A stretch of 64,000 nt of DNA from an uncultured Planctomycetia bacterium (lineage in GTDB: Bacteria > Omnitrophota > Gorgyraeia > 2-02-FULL-51-18), in contig CAYSKO010000009.1 of NCBI GenBank assembly GCA_964431835.1, forward strand, positions 8,330 to 72,329, in the 5' to 3' direction. Under the pieces are notes generated by a model. The model made no database searches. It worked only from the letters and a program-made list of their open reading frames with translations, and was not told where the DNA came from. Within the stretch, counting starts at the first letter, position 1, and each line of letters begins with the position of its first letter. The translations under genes were made by a program, and so were the position numbers. Shown piece by piece: positions 1 through 13,800 of this stretch.

Positions 1-1
1 C

Positions 2-3000
2 GATTCCGCGCAGCGCGAGACCCGCCAGTACCGCGGCGGCTCGGCCGGCTCCTCCGTCATCTCCGCAACGATGAAACTGCAGACTTGGACCTATTTCAAG
101 GGCGACGCCGGCGAAGAGCGGACCGACTATCAGCAGAACTACAAGTCCAACGGCACCGACGTGCGGAACACGCAGATCAGCTATTACCAGGATCCCGCAG
201 GCGCCGCCGGCGGGCTCGTACGCGCGGCCGCGGCAGGCCCCGACGCGGCGCTTCGTGAGACGAAACTCTGGCGCGGCGGCACGCCGAATTCGGACACGAT
301 CTCCGCCACGATGAAGCTCCAGACGTGGACCTACTATCTCGGCGAGGTCAATGAAGAGAAGACGGATTATTCGCAGAATTACAAGTCGAACGGCACGGCG
401 GTGCGCAACACGACGCTCTACTACTACGAAAATCCGGCGGGCGCGGGTCTCGTGCGCGCCGTGGGCGCGAACGTCGACTCCGCACAACGCGAGACCAAGC
501 TCTACCGCGGCGGCACCGGCGGCTCGGCCGCCGTCTCGGCCGCGATGAAGCTTCAGACCTGGACTTACTTCCAGGGCCTTTCCGGGGAAGAGAAAACCGA
601 TTACGCGCAGAACTACAAGGCCGACGGCGCGGCCGTCCGTAACACGACGATTTCCTATTATGAGGACCCCGCGGGCGGCGTCGGCCTCGTGCGTGCCGTC
701 GCCGCGACCCCGGACACCGCGCTCCGCCAGACCAAACAGTGGCGCGGCGGCTCGGCCGGTTCCGACGCGATCACCGCCGCGATGAAGCTTCAAACTTGGA
801 TCTACTTCCAGGGCGTCGTCGGCGAGGAAAAGAACGACTTCCTGCAGAACTACAAAGCCAACGGCACCGACGTCCGGAACACGATGTTCTATTATTACGA
901 GGATCCGGCGAACGCCGCCGCCCTCGTGCGGGCGATCGACGCGAACGGCGATTCCGCCCAGCGCGAAACGAAGCTCTTCCGCGGTGGTGCCGCCGGATCG
1001 GACACCATCACCGCCGCGATGAAACTCCAGACGTGGTCGTACTTCAAGGGTCAGGTCAGCGAAGAAAAACTCGACTACGTGCAGAACTACAAGGCGGACG
1101 GCACGACGGTCCGCAGCACCGTGATCACCTATTACGAAGGTCCCACCGGCGGGCTCATCCGCGCCTCGGTCGCCGACGTCGACTCGGCTCAGCGCGAGAC
1201 CAAGAGCTGGCGCGGCGGCGTGGCCGGTGCCGACACGATCTCCGCCACGATGAAACTCCAGACTTGGACGTACTTCCTCGGCGAAGTAAACGAGGAGAAG
1301 ACCGACTACTCACAGAACTACAAGTCCGACGGCACGACGATCCGCAACACGACGCTCCATTACTACGAAGACCCCGCGAACGCCGCGGCTCTCGCGCGCG
1401 CGGCCACTGCCGGAGCGGACTCCGCCCAGAAGGAAACCAAGCTCTACCGCGGCGGCGCCACCGGCTCCGACGACGTCTCGAGCCTCAAGCTCCAGACTTG
1501 GACCTACTTCAAGGGAATGGCCAACGAGGAAAAGACCGATTACCTCCAGAATTACAAACTCGACGGCACCACCGTCCGGAACACCCAGCTTCATTATTAC
1601 GAGGACCCGGCGAACGCGGCGGGTCTCGTGCGCGCGACGGCCGCGGACGTCGATTCCGCCCAGCGCGAGACGAAGCTTTACCGCCGCGGCACCGCGGGCA
1701 CGGACGCGCTCGCCGCCAACATGAAGCTCCAGACCTGGACGTACTTCCAGGGTGTGGCGAACGAAGAAAAGACCGATTACGTTCAGAGCTATCGCACCGA
1801 CGGCGCCACCGTCCGCAACACGACGATCAATTACTACGAAGACCCGGCCAACCCGGCCGGTCTCGTGCGCGCGGTCGCGGCCAGCGTCGATTCCGCCCAG
1901 CGACAGACGAAGGTGTACCGCCTCGGAACGGCTGGCTCGGACAACGTCTCCGCCCTCAAACTTCAGACCTGGACCTACTTCAAGGGCGAGGCGAACGAGG
2001 AGAAGATCGATTACCTGCAGAACTACAAGTCCGACGGCGTCGGCCTCCGCAACACCCAGATCAATTACTACGCCGATCCCGCCGGCGGCACGGGCGTCGT
2101 TCGCGCCACGGCCGCGGACGTCGACTCCGCCCAGCGCGAGACGAAGCTCTGGCGCGGCGGCACGGCGGGCTCGGACGTCATTGGGGCGACGATGAAATTG
2201 CAGAACTGGAGCTACTTCAAAGGCGACGCGAACGAAGAGAAGCTCGATTATCTCCAAAACTACAAGGGCGATGGCACGACGGTCCGCAACACGCAGGTCA
2301 GCTACTATCAGGATCCCGCGAACGCTGCCCCGACGGCTCTCGTGCGCGCCGCCGGCGCCAACTCGGATTCCGCCCAGCGCGAGACGAAGCTCTACCGCCT
2401 GGGCACTGCCGGCTCGGACAACGTCTCCGCCCTCAAGCTGCAGACTTGGACCTATTTCAAAGGCGACGTGAACGAAGAGAAGACCGACTACCTCCAGAAC
2501 TACAAGGTCAACGGCACGACGGTCCGCAACACGACGATCTCGTACTACGAGGGCGCGACCGCCGCCGCCCTAGTCCGCGCCGCCGCCGCCGATCCGGACG
2601 CCGCGCTCCGCGAGACCAAGACGTGGCGCCAGGGCACGGCCGGCTCCGACACGATCGCCGCCACGATGAAGCTCCAGACCTGGACCTACATGAAGGGCTT
2701 CGTCGGTGAAGAGAAGACGGACTTCCTCCAAAACTACAAGTCGAACGGCACCGACGTGCGCAGTACGCAGGTCCACTACTACGAAGACGCGGTGAACGCA
2801 GCAGCCGTCGTTCGCGCCGACGTCGCGGGCCCCGACTCGGCAATGCGTCAGACCAAGCTCTACCGGAAGGGAACTGCCGGATCCGACAATGTCGCGAGCC
2901 TCAAGCTCCAGACCTGGACCTATTTCCTCGGGACTTCGGGCGAGGAGAAGACGGATTACCTTCAGAACTACCGCACCGACGGCGCGACCGTCCGAAACAC

Positions 3001-4860
3001 CCAGCTCCACTATTACGAGGATCCCGCCAATCCAGCCGCGCTCGTGCGTGCGACCGCAACGAACGTGGATTCCGCCCAGCGCGAGACCAAACTCTACCGC
3101 GGCGGCTCGGCGGGCTCCGACGACGTCTCTTCCTTGAAGCTCCAGACTTGGACGTACTTCAAGGGCCTCTCGGGCGAAGAGAAGGTCGACTACACCCAGA
3201 CCTACAAGTCGAACGGAACCGACGTCCGCAACACGACGATTTCCTATTACGAGGATCCCGCCAACGCCGCCGCCCTCGTGCGCGCTTCCACCGCCGACGT
3301 GGATTCGGCGATGCGCGAAACGAAACTCTACCGCCTTGGCACCGCCGGCTCCGACGACGTATCCTCCTTGAAGCTCCAGACTTGGACTTATTTCAAGGGC
3401 GATGTCAGCGAGGAGAAGGTGAACTTCGCGCAAAACTACAAGGCGAATGGTACTGACGTCCGCAACACCACCATTTCCTACTACGAGGACCCCGCCGACC
3501 CGAACGCGCTCGTACGGGCGGCCGCGGCGCAGGCCGACTCCGCGATGCGCGAGACCAAACAGTGGCGCGGAGGCACGGCCGGCTCGGACACGATCTCCGC
3601 CACGATGAAACTCCAGACCTGGACCTACTTCAAGGGCGACGTCTCGGAGGAAAAGACCCACTACATGCAAGCTTACAAGTCCGACGGGAGCGTCCGTTCC
3701 ACGCAGATCTACTATTACGAAGATCCTGCGGGCGGAAACGGTCTGGTGCGCGCCGACGTCGCGGGCGTGGATTCGGCGATGCGCGAGACGAAGATGTTCC
3801 GCCTCGGAACCGCGGGTTCGGACAACGTCTCTTCCTTGAAGCTCCAGACTTGGACATACTTCAAGGGATTCGCGACCGAAGAAAAAACCGACTTCGCGCA
3901 GAACTACAAGTTCGATGGCACGAGCGTTCGCTCGACGACGATCAGCTACTACGAGGACCCCGCGGGCGGGGCGGCTCTCGTGCGCGCGGCGCTGGCGGGC
4001 CCCGACTCGGCGCTTCGCGAGACCAAGATGTACCGTTTCGGTTCGGCGGGTTCCGCGGCGACGGGCGGGCTCAATCTTCAGACCTGGACCTACTTCAAGG
4101 GAATCTCCGGCGAGGAAAAGACCGACTACGCTCAGAACTACAAGCGCGACGGCGTCACGGTACACGGCACCACGATCTCGTTCTACGAGGACCCCGCAGG
4201 TGGCACGGGCGTCGTGCGCGCGGAGACGGCCAACGGCGACTCCGCCCTCCGCGAAACCAAGAGCTACAAGAACGGCACTGGTGGCTCGGACGCGATCGTC
4301 GCCGGTATGGATCTCTTGAGCTGGACCTACTTCAAGGGGCTTTCGAGCGAGGAAAAGAGCGACTTTTCGATCAGCTACAAGAAGAACAACGACGTGCGCA
4401 GCACCCAGATCACCTGGTATGAGGACGTGAACGGCGCCGGTCTTGTGCGCGCGGCCGACGCGGATGTGGATGCGGCGATGCGCGAGACGAAGCTCTACCG
4501 GAAGGGCACGACGGGCTCCGACAACGTCGCGAGCCTCAAGCTCCAGACCTGGACCTACTTCAAGGGCCAGATGAACGAAGAAAAAACCAATTTCTCGCAG
4601 TCTTACTGGACGAACGGAACGACCGTCCAGAACACGACGATTTCCTACTACGAGTCGAACCCCTCGGGCGGCGCGCCCGAGCGCGCGGCCCAGGCGTCCG
4701 GCGATCAGGCGCTCGTGCGCAGCGATTCCTTCAAGAAAGGCGCCACCGGCTCCGACAGCACCTCCGGACTCAAGCTTTCTGCCAAGAGCTTCTTCAAGGG
4801 CCTCTCGAGCGAGGAAAAGACCGACTACGCACTCAATTACAACGGTCCCGCGGGTCAGGA
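2..4860 (+). repeat. Tandem ~77-80-aa (~230-240 bp) protein repeat, ~21 copies visible (array probably continues upstream)
   Basis: Consensus KLQTWTYFKG..xEEKTDY.QNYK.DGTTVRNTTI.YYEDPA....LVRA.AA..DSA.RETKLYRGGT.GSD.ISA. KLQTW-type anchors at about 74, 314, 548, 785, 1022, 1253, 1487, 1724, 1958, 2195, 2435, 2669, 2903, 3137, 3371, 3608, 3839, 4073, 4310, 4538 and 4772 (degenerate). Confidence 0.95.
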
Positions 4861-7800
4861 AGACGTGGTCTCTGAGACGACGTCCTTCTACGGGGAAGCG
4901 AATCCGAGCCCCGACTACCGCGCTCAGGATGCGTACCTCTACGATCCGATGAAGCGCACTGAAACCCGCATCGGTGGTTCGAATAACGGAACCAACGACG
5001 GCCGTAAACGCACGTTCTCGTACTTCACGGGCAGCTCGGGTGAAGAGAAGGTGCTCTTCACGCAGTCGTACACCTACGACCAGCTCGTGTACGAGACCAC
5101 GAAAAACGCGTACGACCCGAACGACGGCCGCATGACCGAGTCGACGACCTACCGCCGCGGCAGCGAGGGCGTCAGCACCGTGACGGGCCTCCTTAAGAAG
5201 AGCAAGACGGTGTTCGCCGGCGAAGAGAGTTACGAGAAGGTGCACGAGTCGTTCGCGTACCGTCCGAATGGGTCGCTCAAGAACCACACGCTGTCCGAGT
5301 ACGAGGGCGGCTTGCTTGCGACGAACCCGAACATTCCGTTCGAAGCGGCTCTCCGCCGCCAGCAGACCTTCTACGGCCCCGCCTCGGCAGGCCGCCGCGT
5401 GAACGAATCGGTTTATCTCGGGGACTGGAGCGAGGAAAAGATCGACAGGATCACCGATTATAAAGGCGTCGTCACTCAGCACTATTACGACGGGTTCTTC
5501 TTCACTCCGGCCGGCGGCATGATGATGCCGAACGCCGCGCAGCCGAACAAATACGAGCTCGTCACGCGCACGGAGATCATCGGAAACGGCGACGTGAGCT
5601 ACTTCGGCATCAACCAGTTCAAGGAATCGCAGCAGAAATTCCAGACCGACTACAAGGGCACCATCACGACGTACGTTTATGATGCTTCCGACGTGCTCGT
5701 GAAGACGTCGGCCATCCAGACTGTTGCCCGCGCGATCGGCCTCGCCGGCTTCGTGCCGGAGCAGTCGGAGCTCGCGACGTTCTTCGAGCGCGATCTCTAC
5801 CTCGACACACGCGCCGTGTTCTCGACGAACGGCCTCAACAATATCACCTACAACCGCTACGACGGCGGCACCGGCGACCTCTTTTACACCATCGAGGTGA
5901 CGAACGCCTTCGCGGGGGCCGTCGCCGCCGTGAAATCCGCACCGGCCTCGATCGGAGCCTTCATTGGCGGCCTGACCGGCAACCCCGACACGTTCGTCCC
6001 CTCGGGCGGCCTCGGCGTGAACAAGATGACGAAGACTTACATGGAGTACGACCCCGACGACGGCACGACGCGCGCCTCGTTCCAGTTCAGCCCCAGCGGC
6101 AAGCGCATCGCCTTCACCTACGAGAAGATCATCCAGCCGACGTTCCCCGATGCGTCGAAGCGCTACCGCACGCTCGTGACGCGCACCTCGATGGGCATCG
6201 CCTCGACATTCGATTCGATCACGATTCAGAACAAGTACGGCCGCGTGACCGAGACCATCGACGCGGGCGGTATCTTGAGCTACTCGTACTACGTCCCGCC
6301 GCCCGGCCTGTGGGGTGTGCCGCTTAACGAGCAGACCTCGGTGCTCAATACGATCACGAAGTCGGATCTGAACGGCAAGACTCTCCAGACCCTGCAGACC
6401 GAAGTCTGGAACAACCAGGTCCCGATGTCCAACGAGATGGGCGAACAGGCGTTCAACACGCAGATCCTGACGCGCACCGAGTACCGCTATATGGAAGATC
6501 CGAGCACGGGCCTCCTCATCACCGCCGAAGCGGAGACCTATGCGGGCACGATTCGCATCCGCCGCCAAGTGTTCGACCAGTACATGCGCGTCACCGAAAT
6601 CTACGAGTGGCTGCCGACCGAAAACGGCCAGAAGCTGTGGGGCTTGGCGCAGAAATTCACGTACTACACGCCTCCGGGATACGGCCAGTTGAACCTGGGC
6701 GCCGGCGGGATGCTTCCGATGCCGACCAACGCGATCGCCTCGATCGTGAATGGCGGCGCGGTGAACGTCGGCGGCAACCTCGGCGGCGCTTCGCTGACCG
6801 GCGATGCGCTCACCGCGTGGGCCCTCAAGATGATCAACGCCGGCGACGCGTGGAGCAAGTACCAGACGATGGGTACGGGCGTCACGATGGCGATCCTCGA
6901 TTCGGGCTTCAACCTCGATTCCACCGCGGTCTGGAGGAACGCCGCGGAAGCTGCGGGCCTGCCGGGCGTCGACGACGACGGCAACGGCTACATCGATGAC
7001 GTCGACGGCTGGAACTTCGTCGCCGGCAACAACGACGTCTCGGACAAGCTCGGCCACGGCACGAACGTTGCTCGTGCGGCGCTGGCGGCGGCTCCCGGGG
7101 CGAACGTGATGCGTCTCAGCGTTCTCGACGAGTTTGGCCGCGGCACGGTCGAGAAGATCGCCGAGGGCATCGTCTACGCGGCCCGCAACGGCGCGAAGGT
7201 CATCAATCTTTCGATCGGCGGCGGTCTCCTCGACCTCCAAAGCTTCGGCATCGTCCGGACCGCGATCGAGACCGCAATGCAGATGGGCGCGCTCATCGTC
7301 GCGGCCGCCGGCAACCAGGGCAAGGAAGTCGATCCGTACTCGATCGCCGCGATCCAGGGCGTCATCGGCGTCGGCGCCAGCGACCAGGCAGACAAGAAGA
7401 GCGCTTTCTCGAACGTCGGCGGCAACGTCCGGATCGTAGCGCCTTCCGAGAGCGGCACGTCGATGGCGGCTCCGCTCGTCGCCGGCGCGGTCGCGCTCCT
7501 TATGAGCAAATATCCGTACAAGTCCACCGAAGAGATCCGCGGCCTACTCGAAGCGGGCGCGGTCGACCTTGGCGTTCCGGGCTTCGACCGTGAGACCGGC
7601 GCGGGCCGCCTCGATGTTGGCCGCTCTCTCGCCCTCGCGGCGCTTGGCGGTCCGATTTCGCCGCTCGCTCCCCAGGGTCCCGGCCCCGGCGGCTCTCCCG
7701 TTCCTCCGCCCGCGGGCGGCGAAGACCGCGGCGATCTCCTTTCGGCCCAGGATGGCATTGAGAGTGTCGAGATCACGATGCCCGAAGGCGGCAAGATCCG

Positions 7801-10800
7801 TTTCCCCGAAGGCGGCACGGTCGTCAAGAAGGGCGCCACGATCGTTGTGTCGGCCAACGGCGAGATCTCGGTCGAACCCGGCGAGGCCGTCACGCTGATC
7901 GGTGCCGCGAAACTCTTCCTGGTCGGCCCCGCGCTTATCCGCTCGCTGAACAACAACGTCGTTCTCACGTTCCCCAACGGCGGCGCGGTAAACCCGCCCG
8001 CGAAGCAATTTATCCCCGTGAGCGCGGGCAGCAGCGTCGGTCTCGAGGCGGGGGCCAAGCTTTCGTTCAAGAGTGGCGGCACCGTCACCGCGTCGGGCTA
8101 CGCGCGCGTGCGCCTGACCGCCGCCGGCACGCTGACCTTCGCGAACGCGACCCGTGTGATCCACAAGGGCTCTCCGATCATGGTCCCCGCGGGCGGAACA
8201 CTCGCGCTTGACGAGAACGAAGAGGTCATCATGCCGGACGGCGGCAAGGTGACCCTACCGTCGGCCGGAAGCATCCAGGCGGGCGAAACCGCGATCAACG
8301 TGACGCTCAACTCCGCGGCCGAAGTCGCACTCGAGGAGCAAGCGAGCGCCACGATCAAGGACCGCATCTCGAACATGTCTCTCGATGCGGCCAAAACTTC
8401 CGGCGTAATGTACATCGCTGGAAGCGCCCTCACGCTCGACCCGAACACCCGCGTGTACGGCTTGACTGGCCTGCCGACCACGCTTGCGGAGCTCGAGACG
8501 ACGTACCTCGACAACCGTCAGCGTACCTATCTCAAGTTGCTCGTCTCGAAGGACTCGTATGGACAGTGGCGCGCGGACCGCATCGATATGGTCCCGGCCC
8601 CGATCGAAACGACCGCGGGCCAGATCGACAGCCTCTACAACCCGAACGGTCTGAGCGTCCTGCCCGGCGTGCTCGACGGCACGAACGCGGCCGCCGGATT
8701 CGTGCGCTTCAACGACAACGATATCCGCGTGCTCGAGAGCACGATCATCAAGGACGCGAAGGGGAACACGATCACGGGCACGACGGCCGAGAAGATCGCC
8801 GTCCTCGAGCGCATCCGCCTCGAGGCCGAGGCCGACGGCATGATCCCGACCGTGAAGCTCGTCGCCACGAAGTCGGCCGACGGCTGGCAGGCTCTCCAGA
8901 TCCTCGTGACCACGAACCAGCCGACCGATCTCAACCCGACCCGGTTCACCGGCGCGATCACGGCGATCGATATGGCCAAAGGCGAGCTCACCTTCGACGG
9001 TAAGAAGATGACGTTCGACGCGGGCACGTTCATCGACAGCGTCACGGGCGAAGCGATGGAAGCCGCAGCCCTTAAGGCGTTCTTCGACGCGAACGTTTCT
9101 CGCAGCGTCGGTACTTTCGCGAAAGTCAACGCACGCCGCATCAACGGCGAATGGAAACTCGAGCGCATCGGCGTCATCTCCGACAGCGAGGGCGACGCGA
9201 AGCTCTTCGGCACGCTCGAGCTCGTGACCATCGGTGTCGCGCCAGCTCCGACGACAGTCAAGATGAACGGAAAGACGTTCACGCTCGACGCGACGGCTGA
9301 GCTTCTCGACGCCAACGACGCGCCGATCACTGCGCAAACTTTGAGTTCGATCCTCGGCCAGCAGGCGCTGGAAGGCGTCGCGACGAAGATCGATGTGAAG
9401 CTGAAGGCGACCCCGTCCGGCGTGAAGATCACGTCGCTCCGCACGCGCACCCGCCTGCAGTCGACGCTGAATCACACCGCGCAGGTCGTCTCCGTCGTGA
9501 TCGATCCGAACGACCCGACGAAGGGCACGATCGACTTCGGCTCGGGCGTGGTCGCGACCGTGGACGCCGGGACGGTCCTTCGCGACTCGCGCAGCCGCAC
9601 GATCACGCTCGCCGACCTGAAGCCCGAAGATTACGTGCAGATCCGCCTCGTGCAGACTCCCGAGGGCTGGCACGCCGAGCGCGTGACGATCTCCGACGGC
9701 GCCGCGCCGGTCAGCTCCATGACCGGCCCCGTCAACTCCGTGAACGTGAACGCCAACACGCTTTCGATCGCCGGCGTCACCGTGAACGTTTCACAGGACG
9801 CGACCGTCGAGGACGTCGAAGGCCGCATTTTCCCCGGCGGCCTCGCCGATCTGAGCGCCCTTCTTCAGGCCGGCCAGGTCCGCGTTTCCATCAAACTCGC
9901 GCTTCGCAACGGCCAGTGGATCGCGGACCGGATCGTCGTGCAAAGCGTCTCCGCGAAGGCGACCGAATTCGCCAGCTCCTCCATCCAGGCCGCGCACCTG
10001 ACGACGGACGCGCAGGGCAACGTCGTTTCGATGACGGTCAACGGCGAGACGGTGCGGGTCGGAAACGGCGGCACCGACGGCTTCTTCACGCGCGTCGAAC
10101 TGAACTACAAGGATCTCACCGACGTCGCCGGTCTCCAGCGCATCGGCATCCGCACGGACGCCAATTTCCCGGTGAATGACCCGATGTACACGGCCGTCAA
10201 GGGCCTGAACGGTCTTCTGACCGGAGCTTCGCCCACCATCGTCGACCCGACGACGCCCGTCACCGTGAACGTATACGCGGTGAAGGTCGGAAACGAGTGG
10301 CGCGCCTCGAAGGTCGTCGCCCGCACGATCGACGAACTCGCGGGCGGCCCCGGTTCGACGCTGAACGGCCCGCTCGAGGGGGTCGATCTCGACCGGCAGA
10401 TGATCACGATCAACGGCCAGTCGATCGTCGTCTTCAACCCGATGGCCGTCTTCGACGCTAACGGAGAATCCTACTCGCTGGCGGCCCTCAAGGAACTCTT
10501 CGAGGCCAACCGCCTCCGCGGCATCGAGACATACCTGAACGTCAGCTCCGCGCGCGGCTACAACCTGCAGACGAAGGCGATCGGCCACGGCCAGACGGCA
10601 ACGATCAAGAAGACCGTGACGGTGGCTCGTGACTCCAAACTCTCGTTCAACTGGAAGGTTTCCTCGGAAGCCAACGACAAATTCAGCTTCTTTATCGACG
10701 GCGTTCGGGTGGGCGCCGGCATCGGCGGCGAGATCGACTGGGCGAAGGTGACGACCGACCTCTCGGCCGGCGATCACGTCCTCGAGTGGAAGTACGTGAA

Positions 10801-13800
10801 GGACGGCGCCGTTTCGGCTGGTCAGGACGCGGCATGGCTCGACGAAGTGTTCATCAAAGCGAACACCGTCGACGTCGCGCACGGCGAGCCGCTTTCCGCG
10901 TTCGGCCGCATCGCGCTGCCGCCCGACTTCTCCTCGCCGTCCGACAATCCGTTTTACCTCCAGTCCGACACCGCGCGCGATTCCGGCGGCTGGGCCGCGC
11001 AGGCCGGGCGCGTGGAGATCGGCCAGACGAGCACGATGCAGCGTCAGGTCACCGTCGGCGCTCCGACCACGATGAGCTTCTGGTGGAAGGTCGATTCCGA
11101 AAGCGGCAACTCGTTCAATTTCTACGTCGACGACTTCGCGACGCCGGTCCGCACGGTCTCGGGCCGGAACGGCGGCTGGCAGCTCGTGACGGTGGATCTC
11201 TCGGCCGGCGCCCACACGCTTCGCTGGTCTTATAAGAAAACCGCCGCGAACGTCTCTTCGCAGGACACGGGTTGGATCGACGACCTCCGCATCGGCGACG
11301 AGGTCATCGACCGCTCGTTCAACCACCCGCAGGGCGTGCGTGCGCCGCTGCCGTCCGGATGGACGACGGGCGCCGCCGTTTGGACGAACCAAAACATTCT
11401 CGCTTCTGACGCGGCCGGCTTCGCGCTGCAGGCCGGCTCGACCGCGGCCGGAGCTACGTCGTACGCCGAGAAGACGATGACGCTCGCCGCCGCGGGGCTC
11501 CTGCGCTTCAAGGGCCGCCTTTCCTTGCCCGCGACCGACAAGCTCCTCCTTTACGTGGACGGCGCCGCAACGCCGGCGGTTACGATCACCGGAACCGCCG
11601 GCTGGATCGACTCGGGCGACCTTTCGCTTGGCGCGGGCGCGCACACGCTGCGCTGGGTATTTGACCGCTCGGGCACCGTCGGCGACGCGAGCGACGGCGC
11701 CTGGCTCGACGAAGTTTCCGTCCGCTACCCCGTCGCCACCGAAGCCTTCTCGTATCCCGCGGGTACTTCGCTTCCGCTACCCGCCGCCTACACGGTCGCC
11801 GGTGCGGGTTGGGCCAACCAAAACTCCGTTTCGTACGACAACGGCGGTTGGGCCGCGCGCGCGAACGCCACCGCCGCCGCCGCGAAAGCTTCGATGACGC
11901 GCACGCTCGACCTTCCGGACGCGGGGACCTTCAAGTTCCGCTGGAAGATGGAAGACGCACACGCCAACGACAAGATGAACGTCTACATCGACGGCGTTCT
12001 CCGCGCGACGCTCGCCGCCGCCGACGGCACGGCTTGGATCCAGAAGTCTTTCGACCTCGCCAAGGGCGAGCACACAGTGAAATGGGAGTACGACCGGACG
12101 ACTTCCGCCGGAGCCGCCTCGAACGACAAGGTGTTCGTCGACACGATTGAGGTCGGGACCGACCGCACCGAAACCTTCACGTATCCCGCGGGCACGGAAC
12201 TTCCGCTCCCGGCGGCCTTCACCACCACCGGCGGTTGGGTGAACCAGAACGCGGTCACGGTCGACATCAACGATTTCGCCGCGCGCGCGGGCTCGACGGC
12301 GGGCGGCGCGAAGTCTTCGATGACGAAGACCCTCACGCTGGACGACCCCGGTTCGGTCACGTTCAAGGTCCAGATGCAGGACCTGCACGCCAACGACCGG
12401 GTTCGCTTCTACGTGGACGGCGTTCTCAAGACCACGCTCTCGGCTGCCGACGGCGCGGGTTGGCTGCAGCGGACGGTGACCGGTCTTTCGAAGGGTTCCC
12501 ACCAGCTCAAGTGGGAATACGATCGCTCCGGCACCGCGGCGACCGTGCCGGCCAACAACAAGGTCTTCGTCGATCAGGTCGACGTCACACACGACCTCTA
12601 CTCCGAGACCTTCTTCTACCCGCCGGGGACGGAGATCCCGCTGCCGACGGGTTTCGTGACCAACAACTGGGTGAATCAGAACACGACCTCGTTCTCGGCC
12701 GGCGGTTTCGCAGCCCGCTCGGGCGACGTCGAAGCCGGCGCAACCTCCTTCATGACGCGCTCGTTGACGCTGACGAATCCCGCTTCGATCAAGTTCAAAT
12801 GGAAGCTCGAGGACGTTTCGGCGACCGACCGTCTGCATCTGTACGTGGACGGCCAACTTCGTGCGACGCTCGATCCCTCTGAGACCGGCTGGCTCGACCG
12901 CGCGGTTGCAATCGACAAAGGCACCCACGAGGTGAAGTGGATGTTCGACCGCAGCGGCACGGCGGCGGGCGGGTCGAAGAACAAGGCCTTTGTTGATCTC
13001 GTCGACGCAACCTACGATCCATTCACCGAGACCATGGTTTATCCCGCGAATACCGTCCTCGGACTTCCCGCGGGCTACACGACCGTCGGCGGATGGAAGA
13101 GCCAGAACAACGTCGCTTTCGACACGGGCGGCTACGGCGGGTTCGCCGCGCAGGCGGGGTCCACGGCCGCGGGCCAGACGACTTCGATGTCCAAGACCGT
13201 GACGATGCCGCAGGCCGGTAAGATGACCTTCCGCTGGAAGTTGGCGGGCGCCGCCGTGGGCGACAAGTTCAAGGTGCTCGTCGACGGCGTCGAACGTACG
13301 GCGAACACGCTCTCCGCCGACGCGGATTGGGCGCTCGTGACGCTGGACGGCCTTTCCGCCGGTGCGCACGAGATCGTTTGGGCCTATGAGCGGTCCGCTT
13401 CGGCTGGTTCGGCCAACGACCAGGCCTACGTCGACGAGATTGTCGCCACCGTCGAACGGACCGAGACTTTTATCCACCCCGCGAACACGGAGCTCGCTCT
13501 TACCGCCGGTTACGCCGCCACGGGCGCGGGCTGGGTCCTTCAGAATACCGTCGCCGCGGACACCACGCCGTTCGGCGGCTGGGCCGCACGTGTGGGCGCG
13601 ACCGCGGCGGGCGCCTCGTCGGGCCTCAAGAAGACGTTCAATTACGCCGCCGCGACCAAACTTTCTTGGCGCGTGAAGCTCGGCAGCCTCGCCACGGGCG
13701 ACAAGTTCAAGATCTTCGTGAACGGCGTCGAGAAAACCGCGCTGACGCGCGAGGCCAACACCGACTGGACGCTCGTTTCGCTCGATCTCGTCTCCGGCGC

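Noticed and set aside
739-2709. 656-aa Arg-rich + ORF and all other short + ORFs in frames 1 and 3
   Set aside because: Off-frame readings of the giant gene with R/P/A/G-biased composition; their apparent repeats only mirror the frame +2 repeat.
2-4860. Regularly spaced DNA repeats as a CRISPR array or assembly artefact
   Set aside because: The period is ~235 bp and in-frame, units differ at synonymous sites, there is no identical repeat/unique spacer structure, and no cas genes are present.
4860-6670. Canonical Rhs toxin core
   Set aside because: Only loose YD-like hairpins are present; no PxxxxDPxG core terminus and no adjacent immunity gene.
7727-7735. RGD integrin-binding motif (another near 20501)
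   Set aside because: Several RGD tripeptides are expected by chance in 21,000 residues of a GC-rich gene; there is no supporting context.
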